From the human T2T-CHM13v2.0 reference genome, Homo sapiens, in the NCBI RefSeq assembly GCF_009914755.1, contig NC_060928.1: a stretch of 64,000 nucleotides of DNA; one strand, 5' to 3'. Below, piece by piece: positions 1-13,087 of the stretch. How positions within the stretch are numbered: the first letter of the stretch is position 1; the number at the start of each line of letters is the position of its first letter. The notes beneath the pieces are model-generated. The model was not told where the DNA came from, did not search any database, and saw only the letters and a program-made list of their open reading frames with translations. A program made the translations under genes and the position numbers.

Positions 1-569
1 AGCAATCCCATTTACAATAGTTGCAAAAAGATGAAGTCCCTAGGAATAAATCTAACTAAAGAAATAAAATATCTATTCAAGGAAAACTATAAAACTATGA
101 TAAAAGAAATTAAAGGAGACACAAAAAATATTCCATGCTCATAGATCAGAAGAATTAATATTTTTAAAATGGAAATATTACTGAAAGCAATTTATAGATT
201 CAATGCAATCGTTTTCAAAATACCAATGACATTCTTTGCAGAAATATAAAACAAATCCTAAAATTTATATGGAACCACAAAAGATTCCAAATAGCCAAAT
301 CAATCCTGAACAAAAAGGACAAAGTTTGAGGCATCACACTACCCGATTACAAAATTTATTACAAAGATATAGTAACCAGAATAGCATGGTACTGGCATCA
401 AAATAGACACATAGGCCACTGAAACAGAATAGAGAACATAGATATAAATCCACACATTTATCACAGACTCATTTTCAAGAAAGGTGCTAAGAACTTGCAA
501 TGGAGAAAGGAGAGTTTTTTCAATGCTCATCCATATGCAGAAGAATGAAACTAAGTTCTTATCTTTCAC
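1..569 (+). mobile_element. L1 (L1MA-type) ORF2 3' region, decayed; resumes at 1114
   Basis: L1 ORF2 motifs such as CAATCCCATTTACAATAG, AATACCAATGACATTCTT and ATGGAACCACAAAAGA; reading frame broken. Confidence 0.9.
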
Positions 570-660
570 TGATATGGTTTGGCTGTGTCCCCACCCAAAT
601 CTCATCTTGAATTGTAGCCTCCATAACTCCCACGTGTTGTGGGAGGGACCCGGTGGGAGA

Positions 661-671
661 TAATTGAATCA
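661..671 (+). promoter_or_regulatory. DUX4-type motif in THE1 LTR
   Basis: TAATTGAATCA matches the DUX4 consensus known in MaLR LTRs; occupancy not shown. Confidence 0.45.
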
Positions 672-862
672 TAGGGGTGGTTTCCCTCATACATGGTAGT
701 GAATAAGTCTCATGATCTGATGATTTTATAAGGGGTTTCCCCTTTTGCTTGGCTCTCATTCTCTCTTGTCTGCCACTATGTAAGACATGCCTTTCTCCTT
801 CCTCCATGATTTTATGGCCTCCCCAGTCATGTGGAACTGTGAGTCCATTAAACCTCTCTTTC

Positions 863-1038
863 TTTTATTTTATTTTCCTTTTTTTTATCATACTGTAAGT
901 TCTGGGGTACATGTGCAGAACGTGCAGGTTTGTTACATAGGCATACATGAGCAAAGGTGGATTGCTTCACCCATCAACCCGTGATCTACATTAGGTATTT
1001 CTCCTAATGCTATCGCTCCCCTACCCCTCCACCCCCCA
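863..1038 (-). mobile_element. 5'-truncated L1PA (about PA7-8) 3' UTR
   Basis: T-rich tail then TAAGTTCTGGGGTACATGTGCAGAACGTGCAGGTTTGTTAC; TSD TAAACCTCT(C/T)TTT at about 849 and 1040. Confidence 0.9.
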
Positions 1039-1113
1039 ATAAACCTCTTTTTGTTTGTAAATTATCCAGTCTTGGGTATGTCTTTATCAGCAGTGTGAAA
1101 ACAGGCTGATACA

Positions 1114-2244
1114 CTCACCATACACAAAATCAAATAAAAATGGATTAAAGACTTGAATCTAAAACCTGAAACTATGAAACGACTAGAAAATAATATTAGT
1201 CTGGGCAAAGATTTTTTTTTACGTAACCTCAAAAGTACAGGCAACCAAAGCAAAAATAGATAATAGGGATTCCATCAAGCTGAAAATCTTCTGTACAGAA
1301 AAGGAAACAAGCAAAAAAGTTAATAGAGAACCCATCATATGGGAGAAAATATTTATGAACTGCCCATCTAACAAAGAATTAACAACTAGAATATATAAGG
1401 AACTCAAACAACTCAAGAACAACAAAAAAAAATAAGCTAATTAAAAAATGGACAAAAGACCAGAACAGACATTTCTCAAAAGAAAACATACACATGGCCA
1501 TGGGTGTATGAAAGTAATTCTCAGCACCACTAATCATTAGAGAAATGCAAATTAAAACTACAACGTGATTTTATCTCACCCCAGATAAAGTGGCTTACAT
1601 CAAAAGACAGGCAGTAACAGATGCTAGAGAAGATTTGGAGAAAGGCGGACCCTCATACACTGTTGGTGGGAATGTAAGTTAGTACAAACACTATGTAGAA
1701 CAGTATGCAGGTTCCTTTAAAAAAACTGAAAATAGAACTTCTATTTGATCCAGCAATTCCACTATTTGGTATATATTCAAAAACAAAAGGAGATTGATAT
1801 ATCAAAGATATATCTGCACTCCCATGTTTATTTCAACACTGCCACAATAGTCAAAATATGAAATCAACCTCGGTGTCCATCAGTTGATGAATGGATAAGG
1901 AAAATGTGGTTTATATACACAATGGAAAACTATTCAGCAATAAAAAAAGAATAAAGCATCATTATTTTCAGCAACATGGATTGAACTGGAAGTCATTATG
2001 TTAAGCTAAATAAGCCAAGCACAAAAAGACAAAATTGTATGTTCTCATTCATAGGCAGGAGCTAAAAAATTGGATCTCATGAAGATGGAGAGTAGAGTGG
2101 TGGTTACAGAGGCAGAGAACAGGAGTGGGGAAGGGAGATAAAGAGGAAAAGAAAAAGTATATACATATTTTATTATCAATGGACTGTACACTTAAAGATG
2201 GTGAAGATGACAAATTATGTATGTATATTTTTACCTCAAGAAAA
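1114..2244 (+). mobile_element. L1MA-type ORF2 end and 3' UTR
   Basis: CATACACTGTTGGTGGGAATGTAA, GCAACATGGATTGAACTGGAAGTCATTATG and an L1MA-like 3' end. Confidence 0.88.
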
Positions 2245-2436
2245 TTGTTTAAATGGGCAAAATATATGAATAGATATTTGTCCAAAGAAGATACACAAAT
2301 GTCCAATAAGCCATGAAAAGATATTCAAAATCATTGACCATTAGAGAAATGCAAATCAAATCTGCAATGAGATACCAGTCCACATTCAATGAGATGGCTA
2401 TAATAAAAATAACTGGCAATAGTAAGAGTTCATGCG

Positions 2437-2864
2437 TGTGTTAGTGCATTTTGCATTTCCGTAAAGGAAGAAGTGAGACCATATAATTTATACGGAAAAA
2501 GGGGCTTATTTGGCTCATGTTTCTGTAGTTTGTATGAGAGAAGAATAGTGCCAGCATCTGCCTCTGGAGAGGCCTTAGGAAGATTACAATAGTGGCAAAA
2601 GGCAAAGGGGGATCCACCTGTGTATTGCCTTGTGGGATAACAGGGGGTGAGAGAGAAATGGGGGGAGGTGTCACACCTTTAAACAACCAGCTCTCACATG
2701 AGCTGATAGAATGAGAGCTCACTCATTACCATGAAGACAGCACCAAGCCATTCGTAAGGGATCTACTCCCATGACCCAAACACCTCCCACCAGACCCCAC
2801 CTGTGACACTGGGGATCACATTTCAACATGAGATTTGGAAGGGATAAACATCCAAATGATATCA
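2437..2864 (-). mobile_element. MSTB-like MaLR solo LTR
   Basis: TGTGTTAGT...GGATCACATTTCAACATGAGATTTGG...ATATCA; TSD ATGCG/ATGAG. Confidence 0.9.
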
Positions 2865-2897
2865 ATGAGGATATGGAGAAATTGGAACCATCATACA

Positions 2898-2925
2898 TTG
2901 TGTGTGTGTGTGTGTGTGTGTGTGT
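2898..2925. repeat. (TG)n microsatellite
   Basis: Directly visible. Confidence 0.95.
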
Positions 2926-3690
2926 AGTAATGTAATGTGGCACAGTTGCTTTTGAAAAAATCCTGATGGTTCTTTAAACTCTTAAATATAGAGTTCTTAG
3001 CATACAGCAATTCCATGTCTACATTTACATCAAACAAAAATAAAAATGTATGTCTGCATAAATATTTGTACACAAATGTTCATAGCAGCATTATTATGAT
3101 AGCCAAAAAGCAGAAATAAATCCAGATGTTCATCAACTGGTGAATGAGTCTTGAAAATATGGTATGTTCACACAGTGGGATATTATTAGGCAATAACTAA
3201 GAATGGAGTAATAATGTCCACTAAACTATGGATGAACCTTGAAAACAGCATGCTAAATAAAAGATGCCAATTACAACAAGAAAACATTATGTGATTTTAT
3301 TTATATGAAATGTCCAGAATAGGCAAATGTATAGAGACAATAAGTAGATTAGTGCCGCTAAAGCCTGAAGGCAGAGGTCAGATTGGAAGATGGAAAGTGA
3401 CTACTAATGTCAGGGTTTTTTTTTTTTTTTGAAGGGGTGATAAAAATATCTTAAAATTTGAGCATGGTCATATTTTCACAACTCTGTGTTTTAAAAGCCA
3501 TTGAATTGTAAACTTTACCTAGAATAATTATATGGAATGTGAATTATGTCTTAAAGCGTTTAACACAAACCAATAAAAATTTAAAGCTAAAAGACTTTCT
3601 CAGAAGAATTTCTAAAATATTAAGTTATTTATGTGGACTTCTTGTTTCTTCTTCTGTGTCTTGATTTTGTTTGTTGTTTCTTTCCTGTAG

Positions 3691-3747
3691 CATTGGCCAA
3701 AATGAGGAATAAGGAGCAGGACGGAAACTGATATTATAGAAGTTTGG
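3691..3747 (+). other. Candidate 57-nt non-coding exon
   Basis: Long pyrimidine tract ending TTTCTTTCCTGTAG| and donor TGG|GTAAGA; stops in all three frames. Confidence 0.3.
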
Positions 3748-5504
3748 GTAAGAAAGACAATTTGAATTTTCCTCTAGGGGCATACTGCTCAAAGTTGCAT
3801 CATAAAACTCTGTCAATGTGCACCAGAGAATAGTTAGTGTGGAAATAATATCACAAGTGATTTTAATAATTATGTTTAAATCTGAAAACATGGTTTTGCT
3901 TGTTTGAAAGGTGGTTGCCTGTTACATGCTAGTCACCTGATATGGGAAACCTGGAGGCCAGCACAGTGACAACTACATTCTTCATTGCTACATCCTACTG
4001 CAATGTATTGCAGGTTATGTGGACTTACATATCACATCCCTCAACTTTAAGGAACTGAACCCCCAAAGAGTGTATACTTTAATTATTATAAACAAATATT
4101 TCATGTAAGCATACGTGAATAAGAAGAGGATAGTTTTGACAATCAGTCTTAGTATATATAAGCAGTCTAATGGAACTATTTTGAGGTTAAAAGAATAATC
4201 TATTCAAGAATAGTTATTTTTTAATATTTTACCAAGAAAATTTGAAGTTAAAAAACCTTATGATGTATTAATTTATCTATGATATGAAATAGAAAAATTG
4301 ATGAACCTATGAAATTAATTAACATCATAATGTAGAGGTAATTCAATGTAACACATAATTTAAAGTTAAAGTTTTAAGGAGGTTATCAATATAGTTAACT
4401 AAAGATAACAAATAATTATTACCATGCTTTATAATACCACTTAACAAGATGAGAATTTATCGGAAAGGTTTTTTACTTCACATAGGGATGCTGGTTAACT
4501 GTTCATGTAGTACTTTAGATGAGGTAACAAAACTTGACTATTCCACATTTGTTGACTATATCTGTCATAACAAAAGACAGGTTAGGAGTATGTAACAGAG
4601 ATTTTGACAGAGAAATGGAATACGTAATCATTCCCTTTAAAGCAAGGGAAACATTTTTAGAAAGATAAAGAGAAAGCAATTCTTACTTAAAAAAATATTA
4701 TGTTATGTAGAAAGCGTTTTTTAAAATGCATGTTTTTGAAATGTTTCCACTGTTAGGCAATTTGCTACTTAAATTTATGATGAAGTTCAAAAATAAAAAC
4801 TAACAGATATGTTCTGTGGGGCGGGGAGCAGAAATTTTGGAAACAAATATTCTATCCTATGTAAAAATCTTTCAAATAAAGAGTTACAGCAGGTTTTGAA
4901 AATGTTGTGAATAAAAAATCAACGTATTTGAGATAAATTTTTGCATAATGTGATATAAGACTGAAAAAGATGTTCAGTGATTTAGAGTGCACAGCAAAGG
5001 ACACCCTTCTTCCATTTGGATATAAATAATCTGCTATATATCTTTTCCATTTATGATAGCCAATATAATCAGATATGCAAGTAAACAAAACTTGGACGTT
5101 AAACCTTTAAATGCAATATCACAAAATTATTTTAGCAAATTTTTAATTTAAAATGTAGCATTTTCAATCACAGTGAGGACTATGTGAATTTTATAGCATT
5201 AATCAATATCATTAAATTAATATTATTAAATTAATATATAATCTAGCTTTATCATACCCATTCATAGTTTGCGTATGTCAGATATTTATCACACATTAGG
5301 ATAAAAGTACATGTTTATAATTTACACATATAAAAATACAAAAACTGAGTGTAGTAGACTACATTATTATCCCCTAATATGTACTGTTATTCCCAGAGGA
5401 AATTACACATCTAGGACCCATTGTTACCAATTTTTGCTATGTCATATTGGGCAATGAAATATGAGTGGTGTTATAAAGACATTTAAACAATGAATAAAAA
5501 GATG

Positions 5505-5923
5505 TGTATTAGTGTCCCATGGCTGCCTTAACAAATTGCCACAAACTTGTAGCTTAAAATAAAAGAAATTTATTTTTCTCATAGTTTTAGAGGGAATCTG
5601 AAATCTAGGCATCAGTGGGGTTGGTTCCTTCTTTGGAGGCTCTGTGGAAGAAATTGTCCCATGCTTCTTAGATTCTGGTGGTTGAGGACCATCCTTTTCA
5701 TTACTTCAATTTCTGTATCTAACATCACATAACCTTTTACTCTGTGTGTGTCTATGTCCTCTCTCCTTTTTATGAAGACAACTGTCTTTGAATTTAGGGT
5801 TATACCTAAATCCAGGATGATTATACCTTGAGATCCCTAACTATATCTCCCAAGACCTATTTCCAAATAGTCATATTCTGAGGTTCTGGGTAGACATTAA
5901 TTCTGGGGGGACTCTGTTCAACT
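5505..5923 (-). mobile_element. MLT1C-like MaLR LTR
   Basis: TGTATTAG...GGCTGCCTTAACAAATTGCCACAAACTT...CATATTCTGAGGTTCTGGG. Confidence 0.75.
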
Positions 5924-6304
5924 TGTATTAGATTTCTGAGGTTGCCATTGCACAATACTGTAGACTGCGTGGCTTACACAGCAGAAACTCACTCTCTCAC
6001 AATTCTGGAGGCTAGAAATTCCAGATGAAAGTGTCTGCAGGTTTGGTTTCTTCTGAGGTCTCACTTCTTGGCTTGCAAATACCTTAATCGCTGTGTCCTC
6101 ACATGCCTGGCCCTCTGTGTTTGTGTCCTAATCTTCAATCCTTATGAGGACATTAGTCTTAAGGGATTAAGGCTCACTTTCAGAACCTTATTAACCTTCA
6201 TTGCATTTTAAAGACTCATTCCCCACATACATTCACATTCTGAGGTACATGGTATTAGAACTTTAACATATGACTTTTTGGGACTATGTAATTCACCCAT
6301 AACA
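5924..6304 (-). mobile_element. MLT1A/B-like MaLR LTR
   Basis: TGTATTAG...CACAATTCTGGAGGCTAGAAA...AATTCACCCATAACA. Confidence 0.8.
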
Positions 6305-6309
6305 TAACC

Positions 6310-7260
6310 AAAGTAAAATGAGCAAAGAAATTGGACACTTAAAAGATAAAGATATACTAATAATAAATAATTACATGAAAAAGTTTTCAATGTCAGTAGT
6401 CATTAGAGACATGTAAATTAAATCAAAATAATAAGGACTTACTGTTTTAGATTTAATATATGAAGAGTTTTGAAAATGTCACTCTTCTCTTTATGACTAA
6501 AGAAAGCTGAACAGATGGAAAATTAACACCTTTTCTTGGACATACTGGAAAACTGAGGTTGTACAGCAAACCATATTGGGAAATATTGAGAGACAGATGA
6601 ATCCTAATAGTTACAGCTGAGACTTGCTCACATGAAGCAGAAGGTTCTGGAGTTATAAAGTGCAGTGAGAAACTACTAGAGACAGGCTTAGGCAGCCCTC
6701 AACGTTTGTCGGTTTTACCTCCAGGAACCCCACCATAGTTTTACATTGAAGATCTGAGAAAGATCCTCTCAGTGCTCTGGTGGGTGGGTGTATGGGGGAA
6801 GAGTAATTATTATGAAAAGCCAAAAAAGCCTTTTTTTTTTCTCCATTAAAAAGACTTACTTCCCAAGGGAAAAGGCGGTAAAACCCAAGAGCACTGGAAA
6901 GCTATATGGGGATGTTAGAGCACAAAGAAACAGACTGATTAAAAGACAAATTTTGTTACAAAATCAGAGCAAGTTTCTCTCTAGTCCTTGTACTGTTACT
7001 CCAATAGGATTCCAGTATAATAGCAGTTGATTACAGTTGACAGGGCCGAAAGATGCAGACTCTTTCTGAGAAGCAGTTCTTAGGGAAGCTCAGTGACAGG
7101 AGGGGAGATAGAAACAAGGACCCTAGAGGAATTTAAGCCCATGGCCCTGAGAGTTACCATAAACATTAAGTGCAATCCAACTCCTGAGTCAAATTAACAT
7201 AAATCCTTGAACTAAAGGCTTGTCTACCTCAGTTCCTATTACATACAAAATGTTGGACTT
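6310..7260 (+). mobile_element. Old L1M fragments (ORF2 piece and probable 5' region)
   Basis: GTAGTCATTAGAGACATGTAAATTAAA followed by weak L1M 5'-like sequence. Confidence 0.45.
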
Positions 7261-7962
7261 TGCGCAATAAAGTCTCTTCATGATATTTCATTTTAAATTA
7301 TACATTGAATAATGAGGACCATTATAGAGAGAAACTCTACAGACTTTGGTGCTATAAACATTATTCTTTGAGTATCTGAGGAATCACATTCTTAGAAACA
7401 TAGAAAAGGTTGTGCATATTATCTGAGCCATATTGAACTGAAATCCTGATTCCACTACAATTTTATGGCCACTTGCATTGAAATGATAAAAATAGTCACT
7501 GGTATCCTTATATCTATTATAATTCAACAAGTTGTGTTAGCATTCCAACACTTACATTGTTTTTAACTCAATGATGAAAGGCTATGTTATTAATTGTTAG
7601 GATATCTCCATTATTTGATTGTTGCTTTTTTGGTTGTAATGGACAGTAAGATTTGATAAATATTTCCTAAAATTGTAATTGCTCGCTTTGTAATGTATGC
7701 CATTCTTCTCTCATAGTTTCAAAATGTAGCATTTTAAAGATATATTAAATTGTATTCATTTACTAAATAATAAATTCCTCCTCAAAGGACACAAATCACT
7801 GTACATTTCAGACGAGGATATTACCCCATTATGAGTAAACCACTTGCAAACTGAGGCCTCTAATTAAATGTCAAACAATAAATATCTACAGTGTGTATAT
7901 TCTTAAGCCCTTAGCCTCAGCAAGAGAAACAACTGAAAGCTACAGAGCATTCTTCTCTCTGA

Positions 7963-8526
<564 letters not shown>

Positions 8527-8540
8527 TAAATGCAGCAGAT

Positions 8541-8652
8541 TTCACCAATGATTGCACTAAAATTTCAGAAATCACCACTAAATAACTTGATTTTTAACCA
8601 AAAGCCATCTGTATCCAAAAGCCTATTGAAATTAAAAAAAAATAAATAAAAC
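8541..8652 (+). mobile_element. L1PB/L1PA16-type extreme 3' end with poly(A)
   Basis: GAAATCACCACTAAA...CCTATTGAAATTAAAAAAA. Confidence 0.7.
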
Positions 8653-9394
8653 TACAAATTCCTATGGAAACAGAATCAGCATCTCTGAGGGAAAGGTCTT
8701 ATATTTTTGAGCCACACATAATTCTAGCATAGCCTGTCGAAGGATGAGTGTTCAGAATCTCTGCTCTGTATCCACCCAGCAATGTTCATCATTAGAAGGC
8801 ACTTTCCCCAAAGTGGTGCTGGAAATCTATGATATACCGACTTTCCTCTCATGAGACAGTCAATTCCCTCACTCCCCTCTCTGATCTTTTGTAAATTATG
8901 TATCAGTGAAATATTTCATCATGTATGAGTTTCTGCTTTTTACTTAGGCAGTTATGACAACTTTGCCCTGAATAAATGTGTATAGCACTCATAACATTTC
9001 TTCCTACTAGATAATTGGGCTGGATACAAATGTAACTAAATTTCAGAAAATCCCTATGGGGAAAAGTAGTTATATGCAATCTTTCCAAAAAATTTCTAGA
9101 GCAGTACCAAAATATCACAATGCAAAATAAAACCGGGAATTTAGAAGAAATAAAAGACATTTAAACTTAACTACATGCTTTGCCTATAGCCCCTGGAAAA
9201 AAAATACTGTGTTTGAAATTAAATAGACTTTTAATCCTGTATTTTTTCACTTTTCCCCACCAGAGAGAATTTATTAGAGATAATAATACCTTTCACCTGT
9301 ATAGTATATTTCACTTTTCAAAGTGCTTTCCCATGAATTATTTAATTCTATGAAGGTCAGTTGACATCCCATCTATATTGAACTTTGTTATCAG

Positions 9395-9775
9395 AATGTG
9401 CTTGACCTTTGCCTCTGCGATTCCCAATGTTTGAAATGCTTTTTGCTTCTTTGTACCTTTCTGTCCTTGGCTATTACTCTTTTTTCTGTTCCTAACCTAG
9501 AAATTGTCTCTTCAGGGAAGTTTTTTCTACCCTGGCCTCTGGTTAAAAGCTTTTCTCATTTATTTATACAGAATGGTGAATTTCATTGTCTAGAAATTCA
9601 TTTTCATACAATATTGTGATTTACCAGTTTCTGATGTGTCTTTTCCCATGGAATATAAGTTCCTTTTAAACTGAGTCAGACCTGCTCATCATCTTTTCCA
9701 TTATTGGGAGACATTTAGAAGGTGCTCTGTAAAAATCTGTTGAATAAATGAAAGAATAAATATTAACGAATGTAC
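9395..9775 (+). mobile_element. L2 3' fragment
   Basis: CT-rich body ending TGTTGAATAAATGAAAGAATAAA. Confidence 0.65.
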
Positions 9776-9810
9776 ATATTTTAATATCCCCTTTGAAACT
9801 AGATATAAAC

Positions 9811-11911
9811 TGATATGGCTTGGCTGTGTCTCCAGCCAAATCTCATTTTCTCTCTTGCCTGCTGCCATGTAAGATATGACATTGCTCCTCATTCGCCTTC
9901 CACCATGATTGTGAGGCCTCCCCAGCCATGTTGAACTGTGAGTCCATTAAACCTCTTTCCTTTATAAATTACCCAGTCTCAGGTATGTCTTTATTAGCAG
10001 CATGAGAACAGACTAATACAGTAAATTGGTGCCAGTAGAATGGGGCACTGCTGTAAAGATACCTAAAAATATGGAAGCAAATTTGGAACTGGGTAAGAGG
10101 CAGAGGTTGGAACAGTTTGGAGCGATCAGAAAAAGACAGGAAAATGTGGGGAAGTTTGGAACTTTCCTAGAGACTTGTTGAATGGCTATGACAAAATTGC
10201 TGATAATGATATAGACAATAAAATCCACACTGAGGTGGTCTCAGATGGAGATGAGGAACTTGTTGGGAACTGGCGTAAGGTGACTCTTGTATGCTTTAGG
10301 AAAGAGACTGGCAGAATTTTGCCCCTGCCCTAGAGATTCGTGAAACTTTGAACTTGAGAGAGATGATTTAGGGTATCTGACAAAAGAAATTTCTACACAA
10401 CAAAGCATTCAGGAGGTGACATGGGTGCTGTTAAAGGCATTCAGTTTTTAAAGGGAAACAGAACATTAAAGTTCAGAAAATTTGCAGCCTGATAATTTGG
10501 TAGAAAAGAAAATCCCATTTTCTGAGGAGAAAATCAAGTCAGATGCAGAAATTTGTATAAGTAACAAGGAGCTGAATGTCAATCACCAAGACAATGGGGA
10601 ACATGTCTCCAGGGCATGTCAGAGGTCTTCATGGCACCCCCTGCTATCACAGACATGAGGACATAGGAGGAAAAAATGGTTTCATGGGCCGGGCCCAGGG
10701 TCCCTCTGCTGTGTGCAGTCTAGGGACTTGGTGTCCTGAGTCCCAACCTCTCCAGGCCCACGTATATTTGGGTTGTGTCCTCAGAGTGAAAGCCCCAAAT
10801 TTTGGAAGCTTCCAAGTGGTATTGAGCCTGCAGGTGCACAAAAGTCAAGAATTGAGGTTTGGGAACTCCTGCCTAGATTTTAGAGGATGTATGGAAACAC
10901 CTGGATATCCAGGCAGAAGTTTGCTGCAGGGGCAGGGCAGTGTGGAAGGGAAGTGTGGGATGGGCACCCGTACAACAGTCCCCACTGGGGGGCTGCCTAG
11001 TGGAGTGAAAACAAGACAGCCACTATCCTCCATACCCCAGAATGGTAGCTTCATCAACAACTTGCACTGTGCACCTGGAAAAGCCACAGACACTCAACAC
11101 CAGCCCATGAAAGTAACTGTGAGGGAGACTTTAACCTGCAAAGCCACATGGGTGGACCTGCCCAAGACCATGGGAACCCACCCCTTGCATCAGCATTACC
11201 TGGATATGAGACATGGAGTCAAAGGAGATCATTTTGGTGCTTTAAGATTGACTGTCCTGTTGGATTTTGGATTTGCATGGGGCCTGTAGCCCCTTTGTTT
11301 TGGCCAATTTCTTGCATTTGGAATAGCTGTATTTACCCAATGCCTGAACTCCCATTATATTTAGGAAGTAACTAACTTGCTTTTTATTTTACAGGCTCAT
11401 AGGCAAAAGGACTTGCCTTGTCTCAGATGAGACTTTAGACTGTGGAGTTTTGAGTTAATGCTGAAATGAGTTAAGACTTTAGGGTACTGTTAGGAAGGCA
11501 TGATTGCTTTTGAAATGTGACAACATTAGACTTGGGAGGGGCCATAGGCAAAATGATATGGGTTGGCTTTGTCGCCATCCAAATCCCATTTTGAATTGTA
11601 GTTCCCATAATTCCCACGTGCTGTGGGAAGGATCCAGTGGGAGATAATTGAATCACGGGGGTGGAACTTTCCTGTGCTATTCTCATGATAGTGAATAAGT
11701 CTCGGGAGATCGGACAGTTTTATAAAGGGGAGTTTCCCTGAACAAGTTCTCTTCTCTTATCTGCTGCCATGTGAGATGTGCCTTTCACCTTCTGCCATGA
11801 TTGTGAGGCCTCCTCAGCCGTGTGAACTGTGAGTCCATTAAACCTCTTTCGTTTGTAAATTGCCTAGTCTCAGGTATGTCTTTATCAGCAGCGTGAAATT
11901 AGACTAATATA
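9811..11911 (+). mobile_element. Complete THE1 (MaLR) element: 5' LTR 9811-10020, internal 10021-11553, 3' LTR 11554-11911
   Basis: Two TGATATGG...TAATA(C/T)A LTRs; internal region starts GTAAATTGGTGCCAG; purine tract before the 3' LTR; exact TSD TAAAC at 9806-9810 and 11912-11916. Confidence 0.96.
11645..11655 (+). promoter_or_regulatory. DUX4-type motif in THE1 3' LTR
   Basis: TAATTGAATCA. Confidence 0.45.
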
Positions 11912-12259
11912 TAAACCAACACTGAGTGAAGTAAAAATGTTGGTATATAAAATTGTAGATTTATATAGCCAAAACAGAAATTATTTGAGGTTTTTCAAAG
12001 GGGAGAGATGTCACCTTATTCAAGGTATATTTTAAGTGCACTGCAAAAGAGGGAAACAAATATTATCATCTCAATTTTGCAAAAAGAAAAGAAAAGAAAA
12101 CTGTAATGAGATGCCAAACTGCTGTTTGTAGTGTTTTTGTATGGGTTACTTCAAAAACCAAACCTGAGAGAAAATCTTGGGTGCAGGTGGCAAGAAGTCC
12201 TAGAAATTAAATGCACTATTTTGTGTGTGTGTGTGATCCCCTGAGAATCTAATCATGTG

Positions 12260-12490
12260 GTAATAAAAATAACAATTACGGCATATAACACTGATCAGAC
12301 ACATTTTATGTGGCAAACATTGCGATAGGTCCTTTTAATGGATTATCTCATTTTAGTTTTTACAGAAACCTTGTAGAATAAATAATTTCATAATCCTCAG
12401 TTTTTAGAGGAGTAAACTGAGGTTTAGAAAAGTGGTTTGTGGTAGAGATTACATGGCATAAAATCTGATGGTTTGACAAAGAATCCCTGT
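12260..12490 (-). mobile_element. MIR
   Basis: Core CTCAGTTTTTAGAGGAGTAAACTGAGG. Confidence 0.7.
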
Positions 12491-12499
12491 TTTTATATT

Positions 12500-12620
12500 T
12501 TCTGTGTGTGTGATTTAATTTCTTGGTTATCTTATCTATTAAAAAGTATAATAGTAAACATCTCATGGGTTTGTTTTCATGATTAAATTAGATGATATAT
12601 CTTACATGTGGCTGACAAAT
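12500..12620 (+). mobile_element. MIR fragment
   Basis: CATCTCATGGGTTTG...GATTAAATTAGATGAT. Confidence 0.55.
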
Positions 12621-13087
12621 ACGATGTTCTCTTTATGAGAGCTCTTATCCCTAGTAATTATTTCTCCAGATAACAAGATCTATGATGGAAGTGATGTATC
12701 TGCTTTGCTCAATATTCTTCTTAGTATTGCCTTATTAAATGGCTGAGTGATTGAAGTTTTGTATGTCATTTGCAATCATTTAGTATGTGTTAGAATCAAA
12801 ATTCAAACATGTCTCAGGTCAGGAGATTTCATGCTCTATAACCATTTGTTTCCACATTTCTTAAAATAGAATTATTCCAATTAAGCATATAATCAATAAT
12901 CTATATGGGTTGAAATAATGATGCAAGATTTAATACTGGTTTATAGAAAATTGCCTTTAAAGTTCCAACATGGGATGCTAGGTACATATATCCCTTAAGA
13001 ACAATTTTAAATCCCAAGATACACCTGAGATATCTCTTTTTGTTTTTTCTCTCTGCCGTTTCCTACTCCCACTCTCACTTAAAAATG

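Larger units (their letters stand above)
570..1113 (+). mobile_element. THE1 (MaLR) solo LTR, interrupted by an L1PA fragment
   Basis: Begins TGATATGGTTTGGCTGTGTCCCCACCCAAATCTC and ends GCTGATACA; 5-bp TSD TTCAC/CTCAC. Confidence 0.93.
2245..3580 (+). mobile_element. Older L1MB-type 3' region, interrupted by an MST LTR
   Basis: AGAGAAATGCAAATCAAA, ATGGATGAACCTTGAAAAC, AAATGTCCAGAATAGGCAAAT. Confidence 0.8.

Noticed and set aside
10576-11289. 237-aa ORF
   Set aside because: Lies wholly in THE1 internal sequence; a decayed MaLR frame, not a host gene
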